Positions 8,268 to 13,271 of a stretch of DNA of 13,271 bases are shown here, piece by piece. Both the position numbers and the translations under genes were made by a program. The stretch's first letter is position 1, and the number at the start of each line of letters is the position of its first letter. The notes below the pieces were generated by a model. The model was not told the origin of the DNA. It saw nothing but the letters and a program-made list of their open reading frames with translations, and made no database searches. Source of the DNA: Candidatus Eiseniibacteriota bacterium (GTDB lineage Bacteria; Eisenbacteria; RBG-16-71-46; JABDJR01; JAWXBZ01); assembly GCA_034440375.1 (NCBI GenBank), contig JAWXBZ010000026.1, positions 1 to 13,271 of the forward strand, in the 5' to 3' direction.

Positions 8268-8514
8268 GGCGAACAAGCGAAATGATACACGCACGACGCG
8301 CAGAGTCCGGTGAACATGGACGGTAATCCTATCAGCCACAATGGATGAGGGCGACCCCGGACCGGAGTGACGTACTGATTCAAGGTGAGTCAGGGAGAAG
8401 GCTGTGATCGCAAGCATTCGAGTAAAGAGTGCCGCCACCAGTAGTCAGCTTGATGCAGGTTGGTACGATCTCCCAGTCGACCCGTTCACATCGAGGCAGC
8501 AGGCCGCCTGGTGC

Positions 8515-8904
8515 CTATGTATACCGCCGCGACCCAGTACGCGGGTCGATCAATCCCCGGCCGAACGTGACGCGGAAGCCCGTCAGGACGGAGTCGGTGA
8601 TCCCGGAGAAGAGGGTTTCGAGTTGAGGAAGTTCAGGGCGGTTTTCAGACCAGGAGCTGCCAGTCTGTGGAAGAAGCCAGGGCAGGGCGGAGCCTAAGAG
8701 GCGTTGCCGAACCAGCCCCTTCCACCTGTATAAGGTGCGCGGCGAAACGAGTTCCTCGCCGTCCCCCGCTTCGGACGCCCGGAGACAGGCGGCCTCGACT
8801 CCGTCTCGAACCACATGAAGGAACGCTTTCAGGAGCGAGGGGATCGTGTAGCGGCCCCGCCAGAGCTGGCCGGGCAGGAGAGACACCGTCCCGCCCGTGC
8901 AGTG
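8515..8904 (-). pseudogene. Truncated transposon-associated ORF (DUF6431-like, with a helix-turn-helix remnant)
   Basis: The frame reads ...HCTGGTVSLLPGQLWRGRYT...VSPRTLYRW. This resembles the C..T.SLLP..L....Y / RTL.RW pattern of small Zn-ribbon/HTH proteins found next to Mu-like transposases. No intact N-terminus or convincing start. Recognised from memory only. Confidence 0.4.
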
Positions 8905-8962
8905 AGCGCTGGCTGGAGCTGGAGGCGATCGCGGCGGGCTCCGGAGAGTGAGAATCCCGGAG

Positions 8963-8993
8963 ACGACTTAGTCGTTAGTCAGCGATAGCTGAC
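8963..8993. repeat. Two adjacent perfect inverted repeats: ACGACT-T-AGTCGT (8963-8975) and GTCAGC-GATA-GCTGAC (8978-8993)
   Basis: Read directly from the sequence; intergenic, downstream of the kinase stop and upstream of the mobile-like remnant. Confidence 0.7.
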
Positions 8994-9027
8994 AGGAGCG
9001 GCGGACGACATCAGGGGTCATTCGTGA

Positions 9028-11277
9028 TCAGCGGCCGCCCGTCGTGCGTTTTAAACCTTCACGGGCCGTCCCCACTCTCTCATCACCGGCGGGGAGAATG
9101 GCCAGGACACGCTCGTACTGGAAGCGGGCGCTGTCGGCAATTCCCCGGGCCTCGTAAATGCGTCCAAGTTCCAGCCGGATCACGGACTCGTAGTCCGGTG
9201 TTTCCGCGAGCGCCGGGGAGCGCCCGGCCTCGAAAAGCACGCTCCGAGCCGCCGCGGAATCGCCGTTCTCGTTTAGAAACGTCGCGTACTCGTACGCGAC
9301 CTCAGGATTATGATCCGTCACATCCATGCCGGTTTCCAGGCATCGAAGGGCCTCTTCGACGTGACCGAGTTTCTGGTGAGCCCTGGACGCCAGCACATAG
9401 GTCCAGCTCCAACCCCAGCGTTCCTTCACGAGCGGTTCCAGAACTTCAATGCACGATTCAAACCGGCCGGCCGTGAAATATCCGCGGCCGAGCAGATAGG
9501 TGAAAAACCGGTTTTCGGGGTAGATCGTGCGGGCGGAAGAAGCCACCTGGATCACCCGCTCCGGCTCCATGGATACGACGGCGTCGATCACATCGATCTG
9601 CAGAGCGTCGCGCGGGGACGCTTGACCGCGCTGTGCTTTCAGCGTCGACAGGTTCTCCTGCACCCGGACTTCGTCGCCGAGATTCCAGTAGCCTCCCACG
9701 AGATCCACGCGGGCCGCGACGAACTGGCTGTCGAGCCCCACCGACTGCCCGGCGTAATTCACGGCCTCCCGCCAGCGGGAGGCAATGAAGGCCTCGTGCG
9801 CGCGCAGGTAGAGCCGGTAGGCGTCCGACGACGTCGTCGTGATGTCGCGCAGCCACTGGTCTTCGGCCCCCGCCCGGACCAGGTCGATTTCCAGCCAGGT
9901 CTGCAGCTTCGGAATGAGGCCGCCCGCGAGAAGGAAAAGATCGTCGGACGCCGGCCCCGAGAGCGCGTCGGCGTGAAGTATCCGGCCCCCTTCAACGTCC
10001 ACCACCCGGCACTGGATGCTGATGTCGCCGCCGGAGCGGAGAATGCTTCCGACGATGGCCCGGCCGATGCCGCGAGCCTTGAGACGTTCGAACATCGACG
10101 ACTGGAGATCGGCCGAGAGCTCCGTTTTCTCCAGGAGATTCGCCAGTCGCTGCGGATCGTAGACGTCGAGGTCCCGGGATCGAGCCAGAGCTGTTCCGAG
10201 AAGCTCCGGTAGCCCGCGGCCGATCCAGTCGAAGGAAGCGTCGCCGGTGAGATTATCGAACTCGAGCATCGCGATCGCCCGGGGACGGGCCGACTTTTCG
10301 AAAGACGGCCGGGTGGCGGGATGCCGGCGCACGGCGACGGCGAAGATCGCCAACGCGATCACCGGGAGCAGGGTGTACACCCACGGGTGGACATGTCGCG
10401 GCCGGGCTCGCCCTGACGCCGGAACTGATCCGCCGATGTTCTTCAGCGCATCGAGAATCTCGCGGGCAGAGGCGAAGCGCGCGGCCGGTTCCTTTTCGAG
10501 GCATCGCTTCACGATGGCCTCCAGCGTGGTCGGCACACCCCGTGCGGAGTCTGAGATCGGCGGGGGATCATCTTTGAGAATCGCCGCGGCGACCTCCGCC
10601 CAGGTGTTTCCGGGAAAGGCTCGCCGTCCGGTCAGGAGCTCATGGAGAATCAGCCCGAAGCTGAAGAAATCGGCGCGTTGATCGACGGGTCGGCCCAGGT
10701 GCTGCTCCGGAGACATGTAGCCCATGGTTCCCATGACGGTGCCGGGCGTCGTGACACTCGTGATCGTGGAGCTCAACTCGTCCGGTGATCCGGACGGAAT
10801 CGTGAACCGGGCCAGGCCGAAATCCAGAATCTTGACGCGCCCGTCCGGCGTGACCATCACATTTTCCGGCTTCAGGTCGCGGTGAACAATCCCGCGATCG
10901 TGCATCGCGGTCAGTCCCGAGGCCATCTGCCGCGCGATATCGATCACCTCAGGCGACGGAAGGGGCCCGGCGGCGAGTCTCTCCCGAAGCGTCGAGCCTT
11001 CGAGCAGCTCCGTCACGGCGTAGGTCGTTCCCTGCTCTGAGCCGACGTCGAACAAGGCCAGTATATTCGGATGCGCCAAGGCGGCGACGGCCATGGCTTC
11101 GCGACCGAATCGCGCCATCGCCTCCGGGTCCATCGTCGCCGCTTCGGGCAGGACCTTGATCGCCACCTCGCGCTGCAGCCGCGTGTCCCGCGCGCGATAG
11201 ACCTCCCCCATTCCTCCGGCCCCGAGGGGGGCGATGATTTCGTAGGGCCCGAGACGGTTCCCGGCGGAGAGCTGCAT
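9028..11277 (-). CDS. Hanks-type Ser/Thr protein kinase with a transmembrane helix, a TolB-N/FlgO-like domain and TPR repeats
   Basis: 749 aa; LGAGGMGEVY, VAIK, HRDLKPEN, KILDFGLAR, GTMGYMSPEQ. TM segment WVYTLLPVIALAIFAVAV, then AIAMLEFDNLTGD..DWIGRGLPELL, TTSSDAYRLYLRA and helical TPR-like repeats. Confidence 0.95.
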   Translation of the reverse strand: MQLSAGNRLGPYEIIAPLGAGGMGEVYRARDTRLQREVAIKVLPEAATMDPEAMARFGREAMAVAALAHPNILALFDVGSEQGTTYAVTELLEGSTLRERLAAGPLPSPEVIDIARQMASGLTAMHDRGIVHRDLKPENVMVTPDGRVKILDFGLARFTIPSGSPDELSSTITSVTTPGTVMGTMGYMSPEQHLGRPVDQRADFFSFGLILHELLTGRRAFPGNTWAEVAAAILKDDPPPISDSARGVPTTLEAIVKRCLEKEPAARFASAREILDALKNIGGSVPASGRARPRHVHPWVYTLLPVIALAIFAVAVRRHPATRPSFEKSARPRAIAMLEFDNLTGDASFDWIGRGLPELLGTALARSRDLDVYDPQRLANLLEKTELSADLQSSMFERLKARGIGRAIVGSILRSGGDISIQCRVVDVEGGRILHADALSGPASDDLFLLAGGLIPKLQTWLEIDLVRAGAEDQWLRDITTTSSDAYRLYLRAHEAFIASRWREAVNYAGQSVGLDSQFVAARVDLVGGYWNLGDEVRVQENLSTLKAQRGQASPRDALQIDVIDAVVSMEPERVIQVASSARTIYPENRFFTYLLGRGYFTAGRFESCIEVLEPLVKERWGWSWTYVLASRAHQKLGHVEEALRCLETGMDVTDHNPEVAYEYATFLNENGDSAAARSVLFEAGRSPALAETPDYESVIRLELGRIYEARGIADSARFQYERVLAILPAGDERVGTAREGLKRTTGGR

Positions 11278-11283
11278 AGGTGG

Positions 11284-11289
11284 AATCTA
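11284..11289 (-). promoter_or_regulatory. -10 box (TAGATT) 6 nt before the kinase ATG; probable leaderless mRNA
   Basis: The minus strand reads gcgcTAGATTccacctATG; no SD. Confidence 0.5.
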
Positions 11290-11351
11290 GCGCACGTCCG
11301 GGTGCCGGAAAAGCGCGACTGGCGCCTCAGCGTCCTGACGAAACACTTTCG

Positions 11352-11978
11352 TCATTGCTCATGAGGGTCCGGCGGACCGTCCTGCCTCTCTCTCCAGAGA
11401 CGCCGATACTCGTCGGCCACGCTCGGATCCAGTTGATCCGCCAGCTCGTTCGGCAGGTTGAGAATGCCGGTCAGATCCTGAACATCCGCCAGATCGCGCA
11501 GCCGCCGGTGAGGCGCCGTCATTCCGGAGGCCAGCTTGAGCTCGATCAGCTTCGCGAGAGAGATGACGCGGAAACCGTCACCGGGTTCACCAGCCAAGGC
11601 CGGGTCCGGGAACGACACGAGCTTCGGTTTTCCGTCACCCGGGAACTCACCCGTCGTCAGCACTTCGATATGAACTCCGGATTCCGTGTCCTGGAATGAT
11701 TTTCGAGCCCCGGAAAAAGCCGGAACGTATCCGCGCCCGACGAAATCACGGTGAAACTGATCCAGTCCTTCGGGCCTGAGGTGAATGTCCACGTCGCGCG
11801 TGAACCGTTCGTAGCCGTGGGCGATCAGCGCCAGGCCACCGATGAGAGCATAGGGAATACGTTCGTCGTCCAGATTCCGGGCGAGCCGCTGCAGCGACTC
11901 CCAGACCGGTCCCTTTTTCATGAAGAGGAGATCTCCCTCGCGGGCGGCGTTCCACGCGGGGCGGGGCGATTCAGCCAT
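11352..11978 (-). CDS. Pol-beta-superfamily nucleotidyltransferase (AbiEii-like / toxin-antitoxin-associated type)
   Basis: 208 aa; YALIGGLALIAHGYERFTRDVDI (GG.A...HG..R.T.D.D), then LIELKLAS...RLRDLADV. Confidence 0.8.
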   Translation of the reverse strand: MAESPRPAWNAAREGDLLFMKKGPVWESLQRLARNLDDERIPYALIGGLALIAHGYERFTRDVDIHLRPEGLDQFHRDFVGRGYVPAFSGARKSFQDTESGVHIEVLTTGEFPGDGKPKLVSFPDPALAGEPGDGFRVISLAKLIELKLASGMTAPHRRLRDLADVQDLTGILNLPNELADQLDPSVADEYRRLWRERQDGPPDPHEQ

Positions 11979-11983
11979 GCTTC

Positions 11984-11992
11984 ATCATAGCA
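11984..11992 (-). promoter_or_regulatory. Extended -10 (TGcTATGAT) 5 nt before the nucleotidyltransferase ATG; probable leaderless mRNA
   Basis: The minus strand reads ggTGCTATGATgaagcATG; no SD. Confidence 0.6.
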
Positions 11993-12006
11993 CCGGAGTC
12001 GGGCCG

Positions 12007-12425
12007 TCAACGAATCGGGCGCACCGCGCTCTGGTCGAAGAACACCCGGCTCGCCACCGATCTCCCTCGAGCTTGTGCCAGGCGAAGTTCTCCGGGCTCA
12101 TCCGGTTGTTCGTACCGTGGAGGGAGAGCGTTATGTTCCCGCGCGCCGGTGCGTCGAACTCCAGCGTGAACGCGCGCGTTTCGCGGGGACTGAGCCGCGT
12201 GTCCTCGACCCTCTCGGTCTTCGGAAACCATTTGTAGAGCGTGCCGATCCTCTCCATCCGTGTACCAAGCACGTTCCCCGCGTCATCCAGCGCGCGCGCG
12301 GTGATCTGGAGATGACGTTCGACATCAGACGTCGGCAGCGTGTGGCCGGCTTCGACGTTCGTCACGGTGAACGTGAGCGTCTGCCGCCCGGACGTCATAG
12401 CCTCCGGAAGATCGACCCAGTCCAC
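12007..12425 (-). pseudogene. 5'-truncated relic of the C-terminal beta-domain of a multiheme c-type cytochrome (c554-like), with a probable frameshift near 12060
   Basis: TFTVTNVEAGHTLPTSDVERHLQITARALDDAGNVL...DTRLSPRETR matches the N..AGH..PT....R...D.RL.P.E.R pattern of such domains. No CxxCH or signal peptide lies upstream, and an in-frame stop occurs near 12510. A more plausible tail (VASRVFFDQSAVRPIR*) lies in another frame ending at 12007. Confidence 0.55.
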
Positions 12426-12452
12426 GCGCGCTCTGTGTTGGCCCGCATGTTC

Positions 12453-12477
12453 TGATACTCTTGTCGTGCGTAGGAGG
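12453..12477 (+). promoter_or_regulatory. Putative extended -10 (TGaTACTCT, 12453-12461) and SD (AGGAGG, 12472-12477) for the small ORF
   Basis: Perfect AGGAGG 7 nt before TTG 12485. Confidence 0.5.
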
Positions 12478-12484
12478 AAGACCG

Positions 12485-12604
12485 TTGAAAAACCTGCACG
12501 ACGACCAGGTCATGAAGAAGGTGGACGATCTGGGAAACGTGCTCGGATTCTCGGTACTTCGAGTGAGCAGCTTGAAAGAAAAACCCCTGGAGATCGCACT
12601 CTAG
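12485..12604 (+). CDS. 39-codon DUF2283-like small protein, probably internally deleted (possible pseudogene)
   Basis: Absent from the ORF track, probably too short. Strong SD + TTG; MKNLHDDQVMKKVDDLGNVLGFSVLRVSSLKEKPLEIAL*. D..GNV.GF.VL..S resembles the C-terminal half of DUF2283 proteins. Confidence 0.6.
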   Translation: MKNLHDDQVMKKVDDLGNVLGFSVLRVSSLKEKPLEIAL

Positions 12605-12672
12605 CTCTCGCGCCGAGCAAGATATCAATCATGGAGTGTCAGCAATTGATCATCCAACGCGTATTTATGTAG

Positions 12673-13271
12673 ATGACACCGAGACCCCCGCCATCGGCAC
12701 GAATTCTCCAGGTCAACAAATTCCACTGGGTCAAGGGTGGCTCCGAGCGCTACTACTTCGATCTGGTGAACGGGCTGGCGGCACGCGGGCACGAGGTGGC
12801 GGTGTTCGCCTCGCATCATCCGAGCAACCTTGAAACATCATGGAGTCGCCACTTTGCGCCCGGGGCGGACTATCACGGCGCCGGGCCGCTGACGGCCCTG
12901 AAGCTGGCCGGCGAGGTAATTGACAACAAGCCGGCGGCGAAGGCGCTCGAAGGGCTGCTGGCCGATTTCCGCCCCGACGTGGCCCATCTGCACAACATTC
13001 ACCACCAGCTTTCCCCGTCGATTCTCCGTGTATTCGAACAAGCCCGCGTTCCGGTCGTCCAGACGTTGCATGACTACAAGTGGGTCTGCCCGGCCTATCT
13101 TTTTCTCTCCCATGGCAAGGTCTGTGAGCGGTGCGGGCCCGGAAATCGGTTCACGCCGGTGCTGCTGCGCGGCTGTCATCACGGCTGTCACTTGAAGAGT
13201 GCCATCGTGTGGAAGGAGTCGAGTGACTCGTGGGGGCGGGGTGATTTGGAGCGGGTGGGGCGGTTCCTGGC
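12673..13271 (+). CDS. Glycosyltransferase family 4 with a Cys-rich insert, N-terminal part; runs off the window edge
   Basis: Not in the ORF track; read manually from ATG 12673: RILQVNKFHWVKGGSERYYFDL..GLAARGHEV...FRPDVAHLHNIHHQLSPSIL...VVQTLHDYKWVCP...CERC...C. Confidence 0.9.
   Translation, partial: MTPRPPPSARILQVNKFHWVKGGSERYYFDLVNGLAARGHEVAVFASHHPSNLETSWSRHFAPGADYHGAGPLTALKLAGEVIDNKPAAKALEGLLADFRPDVAHLHNIHHQLSPSILRVFEQARVPVVQTLHDYKWVCPAYLFLSHGKVCERCGPGNRFTPVLLRGCHHGCHLKSAIVWKESSDSWGRGDLERVGRFL

Noticed and set aside
8263-8320. GGCGAACAAGCG after the phosphatase stop as the start of an integron attC site
   Set aside because: It does not match RYYYAAC, there is no complementary GTTRRRY arm or long palindrome, and no integrase is present.
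11985-12060. Track C-terminus of the 146-aa ORF (RWRAGCSSTRARC...)
   Set aside because: It looks out of frame and runs into the next gene's promoter; a frameshifted tail ending at 12007 is more plausible.
8988-12643. GCTGACA (8988-8994) and TGTCAGC (12637-12643) as terminal inverted repeats
   Set aside because: Only 7 bp, and the TG/CA ends face away from the enclosed segment; likely chance.
460-12800. Similar DNA encoding L.ARGHEV in three GT4 genes (about 465-490, 3185-3210, 12772-12798)
   Set aside because: Explained by a conserved protein motif with divergent synonymous positions; not a DNA repeat element.
14-13195. Many long alternative-frame and antisense ORFs (e.g. 1225-2085, 1939-2814, 4255-5286, 5389-6288, 6853-7929, 9310-10212)
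   Set aside because: They overlap well-supported genes, carry no recognisable motifs, and are expected shadow ORFs in high-GC DNA.
1-13271. CRISPR array, tRNA, rRNA, intact transposase or integrase, classical intrinsic terminators
   Set aside because: No spaced repeats, RNA-gene signatures, DDE or tyrosine-recombinase motifs, or hairpin plus U-tract were found by eye.

Overview
High-GC bacterial DNA from a surface-polysaccharide locus, interrupted by accessory genes. The left arm is a minus-strand operon (GT4, Wzx-like flippase, partial GT4), divergent from a plus-strand GT4. Next is a 1112-aa single ORF fusing an SGNH hydrolase-like domain, a complete NodU/CmcH/TobZ-type O-carbamoyltransferase and a ~140-aa tail ending in TIYVMY-COOH. 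That end resembles the tyrosine 'acyl-shuttle' hexapeptide of DltX/AlgI/PatA, so the protein may be a self-contained carbamoyl relay (inference; the top finding). Downstream are a histidine phosphatase bracketed by a 10-bp direct repeat, a decayed mobile-element-like region, a membrane Ser/Thr kinase with TolB-N-like and TPR domains, a stand-alone nucleotidyltransferase, a multiheme-cytochrome C-terminal relic, a 39-codon DUF2283-like ORF and a partial Cys-rich GT4. Several genes have a -10 box 5-7 nt before ATG and no SD, suggesting leaderless mRNAs. No rRNA, tRNA or CRISPR array was seen. Family assignments come from motif recognition, not database searches.
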